From Wallemia ichthyophaga EXF-994 (taxonomy: Eukaryota > Fungi > Basidiomycota), in contig NW_008806286.1 of the NCBI RefSeq assembly GCF_000400465.1, positions 143,865 through 175,864 on the forward strand: DNA of 32,000 nt, given 5' to 3'. The notes under the pieces were generated by a model. That model was given only the letters and a program-made list of their open reading frames with translations, did no database searches and was not told the DNA's origin. The position numbers and the translations under genes were made by a program. Shown in pieces: positions 1 to 9,685 of the stretch. Position 1 is the first letter of the stretch. The number at the start of each line of letters is the position of its first letter.

Positions 1-72
1 GTATTTGAATTTAATTCATGTATTTTATGTTTCTGTGTGGTCTTCTCGCACGATAATCACGACGGCCACGAT

Positions 73-403
73 ATGGTGAGTGGTGCACACAGGTACAGCC
101 ACAGCAATCACATGCTCACACCCGTACAGCCTACACCCGCAGACATCCGGCGGAGAAACGCGCAGTTCGAGCACAAGAACAAGACGGGGACGGGGAAAGC
201 AGCCAAGCCAGTGCGGGAGAATGTGGGTGATATTACAATTGGGAGACGGTGAGCTGAACAACTCGCAGTCTTCCACGTCTTTGTGGCTCGTAGCCTTTTT
301 CGTGCTGCTCTTAGGCGGCGGACGTGAGTAGCGTACACGTCACCGGGAAAGGCTATCTGACGCGCATGCAGTGGTGTTTGAGCTGCTGAGGCTCTTCTTC
401 TGA
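73..403 (+). CDS. YSY6: RAMP4/SERP1/Ysy6-family small ER tail-anchored protein (60 aa, 4 exons: 73-75, 130-222, 269-323, 372-403)
   Basis: Removing three introns (76-129, 223-268, 324-371; GTGAGT/GTGGGT donors, CAG acceptors) gives MPTPADIRRRNAQFEHKNKTGTGKAAKPVRENSSTSLWLVAFFVLLLGGGLVFELLRLFF: basic N-terminus (RRRNAQF) plus one C-terminal TM helix with GGG, as in Ysy6/RAMP4. Confidence 0.88.
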
Positions 404-499
404 TGGAAAGCACAGAGAAAAACACATATAAAGATATAAATATGTAAAGATATAAACCATCAAGATATAAATTCATTTTACACCCACAGCCAAACCATC

Positions 500-1744
500 T
501 TACTCCAGCTCATCAATCTCGATCGGGACTTCTTCTGCAGCGTATAGGTGCGACGACGGAGACCAGAGCTGGACAATGTTATCCTCACTCCCACTCATCA
601 GCGTGAACGGCAGAGTTTTCGACCAAGCTATGTCCGTGATAGCGTTAGTGTGGCCCCCATGCATAAACATGAGTTCTGGAGGACCGTCTTCGGCATCCTC
701 CGGTGTCTGCTCCTCGCCAATGCGGCTGATATCCCACATACACACCCTTCTGTCATTCGACGCAGATGCAAATACCGTCTCTGCGTGCGGCGACCACTCG
801 AGGTTGAGCACATCCTCACTATGTCCTTCAATAGTGTGTAGGCGTTTGCTGAGATTTCTCAGATCCCACAGAGCAATGGTCTTGTCTGCGGATCCAGTCA
901 CACAGAGGAAAGGCTGTGATGGGGAGAAGGCGACGCAGTTTATATCTGCATCGTGAGCTTTAACTTTCTGGTGTGGCTGAGTGGCATCGCGGGTGTCCCA
1001 AGTGAAGAGATGCTGGTCATCGGAGACGGATGCGAATACATTCTCGTGAGATGCGTGCCACGATATGTCTTCCACAGCTGCAGTGTGTCCGCGGTACGTG
1101 TTGAGTGGATCGAGAATGTTGCTCGCTGATTGGTAGTGCGATATGTCCCAATGGCGGACAGTGGTATCGGTGGAAGCGGAGAGAATGTGGTTGGGTTTGA
1201 GAGGCGACCATTCCATACCATATCCCTCCCCTTCATGGCCGCGGAGGACTATTTGTGGGTTGCAAACACCGTCTGGCTTCGGTTTGAGCTCGTGTCTGGT
1301 GCGATCGAAAACGTAAATCGGACCCATCACGGTGCGCGTCGCTATAAGATCAGGATTGAAAGGATTGTAACGCGCCCTATTAACTTCACCATCGTGGTTG
1401 ATGGACTGTACAATCTCAAGCTTATTCGACGCGCTATAACTGCCAATTTCGCCCTTGTCTTCTTCAAACTTGGCAGGATCTAAATCGTTGGATTGCTTTG
1501 GGAGTTTGATGTGTGCAATGTGAAGGAGGTTCTGCTCGATATTTGAGGTATTTGTACCGATAAGAAGTCTGTGTGTCGTGTAGGATTTATCGGGGCTGGA
1601 TTCGACATCAGGGAACCACTGGCATGTGAGTGTAGGCCATTCCAATGTATGCGATAAGACTAAATCATATAATAATGGCGCGTGTTTCTTCCATGTTTTG
1701 TACTCCTCGTTGATTGTCTTTGAATGTTCTTCGTCGGTGTCCAT
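500..1744 (-). CDS. RBBP4: Histone-binding WD40 protein of the RBBP4/7 (HAT2/MSI1) family, intronless
   Basis: INEEYKTWKK..P.LYDLV..H.LEWP.LT.QW N-terminus, HDGEVNRARY, WD repeats, EDAEDGPPELMFMHGGHT. Start taken at ATG 1744; an in-frame ATG also exists at 1780. HAT2 versus MSI1 orthology cannot be resolved by eye. Confidence 0.95.
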   Translation of the reverse strand: MDTDEEHSKTINEEYKTWKKHAPLLYDLVLSHTLEWPTLTCQWFPDVESSPDKSYTTHRLLIGTNTSNIEQNLLHIAHIKLPKQSNDLDPAKFEEDKGEIGSYSASNKLEIVQSINHDGEVNRARYNPFNPDLIATRTVMGPIYVFDRTRHELKPKPDGVCNPQIVLRGHEGEGYGMEWSPLKPNHILSASTDTTVRHWDISHYQSASNILDPLNTYRGHTAAVEDISWHASHENVFASVSDDQHLFTWDTRDATQPHQKVKAHDADINCVAFSPSQPFLCVTGSADKTIALWDLRNLSKRLHTIEGHSEDVLNLEWSPHAETVFASASNDRRVCMWDISRIGEEQTPEDAEDGPPELMFMHGGHTNAITDIAWSKTLPFTLMSGSEDNIVQLWSPSSHLYAAEEVPIEIDELE

Positions 1745-1878
1745 GATGGTGGTTTGGGGTTGAGGAGGGAATATTTTCATTTATATTTTATATTTATATT
1801 TATTATTCATATTCAAGTTCCTCTTAACAAACCACCATCATCTGTCTATAATTGTCTATCTAACTATCAATCAATCAA

Positions 1879-2613
1879 ATGACTTTATTAAATTCAAATA
1901 TTTCAAATACTTCAAATATCTGCCCCAAGTGAGTTTTATTTCTTTTGCTGTTCCACCTCTAACAATTCACAGCGACGGTAACCTGAGCTCAGCCGTCTCG
2001 ATGGGGCATCAACAAGGACAAGACGCTCAAAACCAGGCAAAAACTCAGTCACAAACTAAATGCCTTATCGATGGTACTATCACTCACTCTTACTCACCTT
2101 GCTCCTCCTGGCAACCCTGGGACGCTGGACCAAAGTATCGCTTTTGACGTCGGCAGGAGAGCTTCCACCCCCTCAGAACCACTCCTTTCACAAGACGTTG
2201 TTAATCTTGATAACATTCCGATATCTCCGCCACATTCTCCTATCTATTTCACAGACGTCATTGGAAATTTCCCAGATTTCCTCAATGTTACCCAGTATAG
2301 TGGTATTATCGAGGTGGATTTTGCTAATGGGGAGTTTTGGAGGGGTGTCCTAAGCTCAAACCCCAGTAACTCTCTTTTGATGGAAAAATTTTCATGGAAT
2401 TCAACTCAACACCTCAGAGAAGACCTTGTCGCTTTATTAGAATTGGGTCAAGTACTTGATACATCAAATCTCATCATTATTCTCCCAAAATACATTGAAA
2501 ATCTCACTCAGCTGATTCATTCTTTCTTTTACGTTGGTGGGTCTGTTATCGACCTGAGTAAAACAAATTGGAATTTGAAAGATGGTTATATAGGTGTAGT
2601 TATGCAAGTTTAG
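1879..2613 (+). CDS. OAZ1: Ornithine decarboxylase antizyme, expressed by +1 programmed frameshift (ORF1 exons 1879-1928 and 1973-2144; ORF2 2146-2613; ~229 aa)
   Basis: ORF1 (74 aa after removing intron 1929-1972) ends ...GPKYRF-stop at TTT TGA. The +1 frame continues DVGRRAS... and contains the antizyme core LREDLVALLELGQVLDTSNLIIILPK...IHSFFYVGGSVI. Confidence 0.9.
2139..2148 (+). other. Antizyme +1 ribosomal frameshift site CGC-UUU-UGA-C
   Basis: The ORF1 stop TGA (2145-2147) follows TTT. Skipping T2145 gives GAC (2146-2148), in frame with the antizyme domain. UUU-UGA is the shift site known from Agaricomycotina antizymes. Confidence 0.88.
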
Positions 2614-2630
2614 AATACATGATATTCATT

Positions 2631-3317
2631 CTAACCACCAAAACCTATAATCATGCTTAAGTATACCAAAAAACACTTTAAACGATCAAAATACTCACCA
2701 GTAAATCCCATTATTCTCGCCATCTCATCGTTACCTTGGTCGTCTTGTTGATCATTATCAATGGTATTTTGATTTTTACTCTTCTTGGCCTTTCTACTCG
2801 CACGTTTCTCCATCTTGCTATCAATCTCACCCTGTCTAATCTCACCAACACGTTTTCTAAAGTCATAATCCTTCTTCTGCGACGCTTCTTTGGTTTGTTC
2901 TTTTAACAAAGCAATTCTCGCTCTAACGTGATGAATAGTACTTCTCTCTGTATCAACTGTCTGACCAAGCTTACGTAGATGAGCTCTTGAGTTTATGTGA
3001 TCGAGGTAAGAAGCACTATCCTTATAAGTCCTTGAGCAAACCTCACAAAAGAAACCTGGCTGATTCTGACGGGTACCTTGAGCCACAACGACGGTTCTAT
3101 TAGTGTTTTTATCGAGTGCCAAATCTTTATCGCGTTGCTGGAGTTTGTGCGTTGGCTTTGGACCTTTTCGCTGCTCAAACGCTGTTCTAGAGAGAGGCTT
3201 CTGACCATTAGAAATACGCTGCTCGTTCTCCTTTGCAAAAGCGCGTGCTCGCTGTTCTTCCTCCTTCACCTTATCCCTGTAATGTTCAACGTCGTAATCT
3301 TTTCTAAATGAGCTCAT
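2631..3317 (-). CDS. SNU23: U4/U6.U5 tri-snRNP zinc-finger protein Snu23/ZMAT2 (intron 2645-2698)
   Basis: FRKDYD..HY N-terminus, matrin-type finger GFFCEVCSRTYKDSASYLDHINSRAH, C-terminal MARIMGFTGFGG after splicing. Confidence 0.92.
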   Translation of the reverse strand: MSSFRKDYDVEHYRDKVKEEEQRARAFAKENEQRISNGQKPLSRTAFEQRKGPKPTHKLQQRDKDLALDKNTNRTVVVAQGTRQNQPGFFCEVCSRTYKDSASYLDHINSRAHLRKLGQTVDTERSTIHHVRARIALLKEQTKEASQKKDYDFRKRVGEIRQGEIDSKMEKRASRKAKKSKNQNTIDNDQQDDQGNDEMARIMGFTGEYFDRLKCFLVYLSMIIGFGG

Positions 3318-3334
3318 CGTGTAGTTGAACGTCC

Positions 3335-6300
3335 ATGTCCAACGTCATTCTCAGTGATAGCAACACGAAAACTTTAAAAGAATGGTTGGATTTCAGTGGC
3401 GCATTTGGGGATATAGATTCCCCACTAATTGATTCTGTTCTCGTCAATGATACCCGTCAACTGAAATCAACGGTACACAACTCACACAACAATCTACCCA
3501 CCAGCAACCTAATAGACGCTGTAATAGCCAGGCTATTTAAACTCAACAGAAAACCCACAAATATTCTCGCTCTCGGTTATCGAATGGCCGATGAGAAGTC
3601 TGATAGACTAAAACTCGATAGCCTCAGACCGGGTATTTCTAATTTCTACATAAACTCGAACATTTCCTGGTTCTTATCTCCTCAATGGAAGTTTCTACAT
3701 GGCGTCATTGGCGATGATCACTTCTTTGACCTCTTAACTAGCACTTGCCTCTTTTTGAAACTTGAAAACGGTTGCCTGGCGCAGGTTGCTGGCACTCCCG
3801 TATTCTACGATAACAAGTACAAGCTCAATAAGCCAGCCCCAGCTAAACCTTCCCAAATTGCCATCGCCAGACACAGACTCTTCTACGGTCGACCGCTCTT
3901 CTATTCAACAACGAACAAGGTTTACGCTATTGGTCTGCCTACTACGCGTGAGTCTTGTGTGATTCAACATGAAATCACCTAACCATCCTCAAGACGTCCT
4001 CAACAGACTCGAAGGCAAGGTAAACAACTTCACCGCCTCTCCACCCCTCTACCTTATCGCACATATATTTCCACACCAGCACAAACTGCGTAGCATGTTT
4101 GACGCTGCAAATGGCATCACCATGTCTTACAACAGATTGATGCGCGATGCAGAGATTGAAGTAGGTGAAGATTTTCACAAGGTTACATCTCACACTTCAC
4201 TCCTTATAGGCCTCTAATCCACACACCCCCACGCGTCTCAAGCAAACTCAAGTCCTGTTCCAGCGCATGCTCACTCGTCATTTCAATTTGGATTACGTCT
4301 CTGTACTTAAACGTCACTGTGCGAGCAAGACTAGAGGGCGCAATATAGACATGACGCAGTACATGGATGATGATTTCGTTCACATGTCGGAGCATATCCA
4401 AACACAAAGTCAGTTAGACAAAGACACCACCCTCGCAACGCAAATGTCCAACCAGAGTGATGTAGTACCCATACCCTATCGCCCGGACATTAAAGCTCCG
4501 CCGTCTTTCCAGGATCTTCAATGTGGGCATGGCGAGGTGAAGGCATTCGCTAAGCATGTCTTGTCAGACATTATACCTGGGGAGTTGTTCGGTTCTACGC
4601 ACAACAAGTTGAGGATATTCGATAGTGTTGACGCCTTCATCAGTATGCGCAAGTACGAGACTCTCACGCTGCACGCTCTCGTCCAAGGACTGCAGGTGAA
4701 CGACTTCAAATGTTTCTATTCTGCTCATTACAAGCAGGAGAATGGGCGGAGTGAGAGGATTCCCCCAAGTGAGCAGACCAAGGTGACACAGGTTGTACTC
4801 GAGTGGATTTACTGGATATTCGAGGATCTTCTCATACCATTGTTGAAGGTGTGTACGAGGATTTATTATATAACCCCTCTCTCCCCCTCTCTCCCTTTCT
4901 CACTATTTCGCACCCTCGCTAACGAACCCTTTCACAGAACACATTCTACGTGTCGGACTCCTCCGCGGACAGGAAACGCACGTACTACTTCAGACACGAC
5001 GACTGGCTGCGCGCCACCGCGCCGCTTCTGGAGCAGCTCTCGAGTAGCATTTTTGAGCGAGCGAGTGAGGATCTGGTGAGTGACATCTGAATTTTATAAT
5101 CGTGTAGCACTGCTCACTACTCACCACTCTCCTCTCGCACTCGCGCAGACGCACAGCTACCGCACACTGCAACCATCCTATGTCCGTCTCATGCCGAAAG
5201 AAACGGGCGTGCGACCGATAGTGAATTTGCGCAAACAGAACTGGGTCGATGATGACCGGCTTGGTCACAAAGTCGGTTACAGGCGGGGTCTATCCATCAA
5301 CCATATCCTGCGATCGGCATTCGATGTGCTCTCGTACGAACGTCTGCGCCAGCCTAACGCTATGGGTGCTAGCCTCCTCGGCGCTCAAGAGGCATTTGAG
5401 AGACTGAAGGAGTACAAGAAGCGGATTATTGGTGGTGCTGGTGAAAGTACCCATCGGAAATTTTACCTCATAAAAGCTGATATACAGTGCTGTTTTGATA
5501 CAATCGATCAACAAAAACTGCTCAATATGCTCGATGAGATAATAAAGGATGATGACTATGTTATTCTGAAACATCACACTCTCGCTCGTCACAATGATAC
5601 GTATAAGCGCACTTTCAAGAGACAGGCTGTACCGGAGTATGAAGAGGAATCGTTCATAGACTACTCGAAGAAGCTGTCCGAAAAGCTGCGCAATACCATC
5701 ATTGCTGACCAGGTAGTCCATCCGCATATAGAAAAGAATGACTTATTGAAGCTGTTAAAGGAGCACATAATGGAAAATCTGATCAAAATTAACAACCGCA
5801 TCTATCGTCAAGCTACGGGTATCCCACAAGGTAGTATTTTATCCACTATACTGTGCAGTTTCTTCTACGGAATGCTTGAGCGGAATGAGATGGAATTCGT
5901 TCAGCAATCACCTTCAGCGTTGTTGTTGAGGTTTATAGATGATTTCCTGTTCATTACTACGGACAGAGAGGAAGCTCGTTACTTTCTTCAAGTATTGCGC
6001 AAAGGGTTCCCGCAATACGGTGCACATATCAGTGACCACAAGACACTGGTCAATTTTGATATCAGTTTCGACGGTGTCGAGACAATCAACCGGTGTCAGA
6101 GACCAGACGACTACTTTCCCTGGTGTGGGATACTCGTAAACTCGAAAACGCTCGACGTAAAAGCAGATTACGGCAAGACATTCGAAACGGATATACGTAA
6201 TTCTTTCTCAGTTGGTGATGGGTGCAGAATCGGTGAGACAGTTGTACAGAAACTGACGCAATCTTTCCAACAGCACGCACATGCACTCTATGCTGATTGC

Positions 6301-6726
6301 AATTTCAACTCGAGCGAGACGGTGAAGCGAAACCTATACGAAAATTACCTAGTGGCGGCTGTTAAGATGGGCGTGTTCTTGACTGACGTGTTGGACTGGA
6401 AGAGGGTGAATGTCGCGTATATTCAACGCGTCGTTGAAAATGTCGTACAGTTTGGCGTGCGATACACCCTCTTTAAAGCATCAACCAAGCAGGGCTCATA
6501 CTGTACTGTGCCGCCCAGACTTATCTACTGGCTCGGCTATAAGGCGTTTGAGAGGGTGCTCGTCAAGCTCATGTCTGATTCTTCCCTCAATAACGCCATC
6601 AGAGCAGCATCGAGGAAGCTGCTCAGAGGTGTCGGTGCTACTGTCAACAAAGGAATCTTCAAGAGGTACCGCACTAACAGAAACCTCAACAGCATCGTCA
6701 AACACTCTTTAAATCATCTTTACTAA
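3335..6726 (+). CDS. TERT: Telomerase reverse transcriptase (exons 3335-3947, 3994-4160, 4210-4848, 4938-5075, 5149-6726)
   Basis: TEN/GQ (NILALGYR; QWKFLHGVIGDD; QVAGTP), CP (LDYVSVLKRHC), QFP, T motif (WIFEDLLIPLLKNTFYVSD...YYFRHDDW), RT motifs 1/2 (VRLMPKETGVRPIVNL), A (KADIQCCFDTI), B' (GIPQGSILS), C (LLRFIDDFLFIT), E (FPWCG). All four introns restore frame. Confidence 0.97.
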
Positions 6727-6815
6727 CTTGATTGTTGATATTGATACAAAATACTTTTATTTGAAGATTATTCTGGAAACAGATAAAAAATTCATTTCAA
6801 AGACGTTGAAAGTAT

Positions 6816-8654
6816 TCAAGATTGTTCAGGTGTACAACTCCCTAGACAGCTGGTTAGTATGATTGCTCATGAAAACACCTTAGTACCCACAGATCCTGGC
6901 ATGATAATCGCCACTACCTGTAGCTAACAACTGACCGCGTGCTGAAAGGTCAATAGAGATGACAGAGTTTTTGTGACCCTGGAGCATTAGTTGAGTCTGA
7001 GCTGTATTAGGATCCCAAAATTGTACACCGCGATCTTTGGATCCAGATACTATATATTTACCGTCGGGCGACACAGCTACAGACAAAACGTAGTCTTTGT
7101 GACCGACGAGTGTGTTTATACAGACTGCATAACCAGTCTTTTCACCGTTGATTTCATTTTTCACTGGTGGTGGATTTCCGCCATTGATTGCGGAGGTGGT
7201 CCCACTTAAATCCCATATCTTCAAAGTACGATCCAACGAGCCGGAGATTAATGACTTGCCATCAGGAGAGAAGGCGACAGAATAGACAGAGTCTTTATGT
7301 CCTGTCAGTCTCTCCAACTGGTTGCCCGTCTTGACATCCCAAACACGAACCTTGGTGTCTAAGCTCCCAGCAGCAACCATGCGGTTGTCGGGGGAAATAG
7401 CAACAGAGGTGACACCAGAATCAATAGGACCAGTGTCACACATAATAATATCTTGAATATCAAATGTGTGTAAGCAAGTATTAGACTCAACATCCCACAA
7501 TCTCGCAGTTTTATCGCCAGAACCAGAAGCAATAAATTTACCATCGCTGGAGAAGTCTAGGGAGTAAATTTCCTGGTTGTGACCAGTGAAAAGGGATTTA
7601 ATCTTTTTCTTTTGAATATCCCAGACTCTAATTTGTTTATCTTCAGCGCCAGTTGCAAGGAATTTAGAGTCTGGAGAGAAACAGACGGAGCGAATGTATA
7701 AATCGCCTTTGATGGGGACGTTATCATCGACAAGAACAGAAACTTTGGCACCAGTTTTAGTGTCGTAAATTTGAGCAGTCTTGTTGCAACCAGTGGCTAA
7801 AAATTGACCATCTGTAGAGAATCTAACGCAGCAAACGACAGATTCGTGTACGAGGTTGTGTATCAAGGAAACGTCCATATTACGCTTAAGTTGAGGGTTG
7901 TAGATGGCTAACCAATCGCTACCGTCTTTTCTAAATTCGTTTGGGAATGAGTCGACGTCAGTGAAGTCAGTTTGGATTGAGTGGTTTATGGGTTTAAGAG
8001 AGTTTTGTGGGGGTTGTGGGGGGTGATCGGGGGGAGGTAGGTGATGTAGTGGTTGTGGTTGTTGCTGTGAATGCTGTTGTTGTTGTTGTTGGACAGAATG
8101 ACTTGGATAAGGTGATTGAGATCGTTTGATCGAGTGTAATTGAGTGTTTATAGGGAGTGGAGATTGAGAAGAGTGTTGAGGGTGCTGTTGGGGTTGTTGG
8201 GGTTGCTGCGGTTGTTGAAGTTGCTGCGGTTGCTGCTGTGGCTGCTGCTCACGCTGAAATTCTCGCTGTTGAAAGGGTTTCTGCTGATTAGAGAACAAAG
8301 AAGGTGGGGGAAGTTGATTTGATTTGTTTGGAGTTGGAGGTCTAGTTGAGTTATTCGAGTTTGATTGTCGATTATCCAATTCAAGTCTAAGTCTACTAAT
8401 CTCCTCTTGATAGCTATTCACGATATCCGTGTGTAAGTTTTTCAAGTCAAGAAATGATTGTTTGAGTGTGTTGATTTCGTTTATTTGAGCGGATACTAGT
8501 GATTCATTAGATTAGACTATTAAATCACTTGAAAACACCCACACTTATTCTCAAATTCATCTCTCTGCTCTTTAATCATAACACCATTTGAGGAAATGCT
8601 ATCAAACTCCTGCTTGACAATGTCCAGCAGCTCTGATAGCCTTGAATTAGACAT
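6816..8654 (-). CDS. TUP1: General transcriptional corepressor Tup1 (introns 8496-8542 and 6842-6890)
   Basis: Tup_N coiled coil ([14 protein letters not shown]...[12 protein letters not shown]), Q/P-rich linker, then the Tup1 WD40 propeller ([19 protein letters not shown]; [12 protein letters not shown]; GHKDYVLSV). Confidence 0.96.
8050..8280 (-). repeat. Low-complexity Gln/Pro-coding trinucleotide repeats in the Tup1 linker
   Basis: Runs of (tgt)n/(tgc)n on the + strand encode [25 protein letters not shown] and [13 protein letters not shown]. Boundaries approximate. Confidence 0.8.
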
Positions 8655-8829
8655 TGCATGTGATTGAGTCGTTGCATTCGTTGGTTGTAATTGACGGTGC
8701 TAAGTCTGTTAATTTAAATAGACAATTGAAATTTCCTAACTAACATTATAAATACTTGATGACATTAGGAATTTTTATTTTTACTGGCAATTTATGGTCG
8801 TTGGTTGTAAATTCCAAAGAGAGGCTCAA

Positions 8830-9636
8830 ATGGCTTCATCATCCAATCAATTATACTTGGCAAAGAATTACCTAAGTGGCCCTAAATCTGATGCGATACT
8901 TGAGAGGAATAACGTGAAGAAGAAGTCTAAGAAGAAGTCTAATAGCAATCCAACTAACCTAGTTATTCAAGAGGATGATGATGTTCTACAAGATAATGAT
9001 ATTGAGCAAGATGACGTTGTCAAAGTTGAATCACATTCTAACAAGTTTAAATCATTCTCTGGTAATACCCCTGTATCCACTCCCACTACAGATGATCATC
9101 CACACCCAGAAACCAGTAAAGGCGGTCTAAAATCAGCTAAACAAGTTAAAGCAGATAATAAAAGAGCTAAAGATAAAGAAGCTCTTGATTTCAAACTTGA
9201 AAATGATAAATTGAATAAAAACAACCAAACAATCCACAGAGACAGCTCTGGTAAAGTTATTGACTTGGATTCTCAACATAAACAACAGCAACAACAACAA
9301 GAAGAAGCTCAACGTAAAAAGCGTCAATGGGGAAAAGGTTTAGTTCAACGTGGTATCACTAATCATCCTCAAGATAATGAATCTGATGACATAAGAGATG
9401 TGCAAAGGTGGAACGATCCAGGTACTCAATTCATCTCTTCAAAGCCTAAAAATTATTCGAATAAGCCAGAATATAAAGGTCCACAACCACCACCTAATAG
9501 ATTCAATATTAAACCAGGTTTTAGATGGGATGGCGTTGACAGATCAAATGGCTTCGAATCAAAGCTATTCAAAGCAGAGAATAACAAGAATATTAAATTA
9601 TATAATCACAATAAATGGTCTGCAGAAGATATGTAA
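8830..9636 (+). CDS. BUD13: RES-complex splicing factor Bud13/Cwc26
   Basis: [10 protein letters not shown]-terminus; [54 protein letters not shown]. An upstream in-frame ATG exists at 8794. Confidence 0.95.
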   Translation: MASSSNQLYLAKNYLSGPKSDAILERNNVKKKSKKKSNSNPTNLVIQEDDDVLQDNDIEQDDVVKVESHSNKFKSFSGNTPVSTPTTDDHPHPETSKGGLKSAKQVKADNKRAKDKEALDFKLENDKLNKNNQTIHRDSSGKVIDLDSQHKQQQQQQEEAQRKKRQWGKGLVQRGITNHPQDNESDDIRDVQRWNDPGTQFISSKPKNYSNKPEYKGPQPPPNRFNIKPGFRWDGVDRSNGFESKLFKAENNKNIKLYNHNKWSAEDM

Positions 9637-9685
9637 TCTTATTTTATTCTTCTTTTTACTCTCTTTCAATTAGACGCGACATGAA

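Noticed and set aside
548-1483. Antisense and alternate-frame ORFs over RBBP4, representative of many such ORF-track entries (e.g. 5290-5727, 29002-29607)
   Set aside because: They lie wholly within well-supported genes, have no recognisable motifs, and are expected shadows of codon bias or low-complexity coding.
2074-2135. A GT..AG intron that might join antizyme ORF1 to ORF2 without frameshifting
   Set aside because: The donor GTACTA is weak, and removing these 62 nt leads into the third frame, not the antizyme frame.
3335-6726. Reverse-transcriptase motifs suggesting a retroelement
   Set aside because: TEN, CP, QFP and T motifs plus spliceosomal introns identify cellular TERT; no LTR, gag, integrase or endonuclease is visible.
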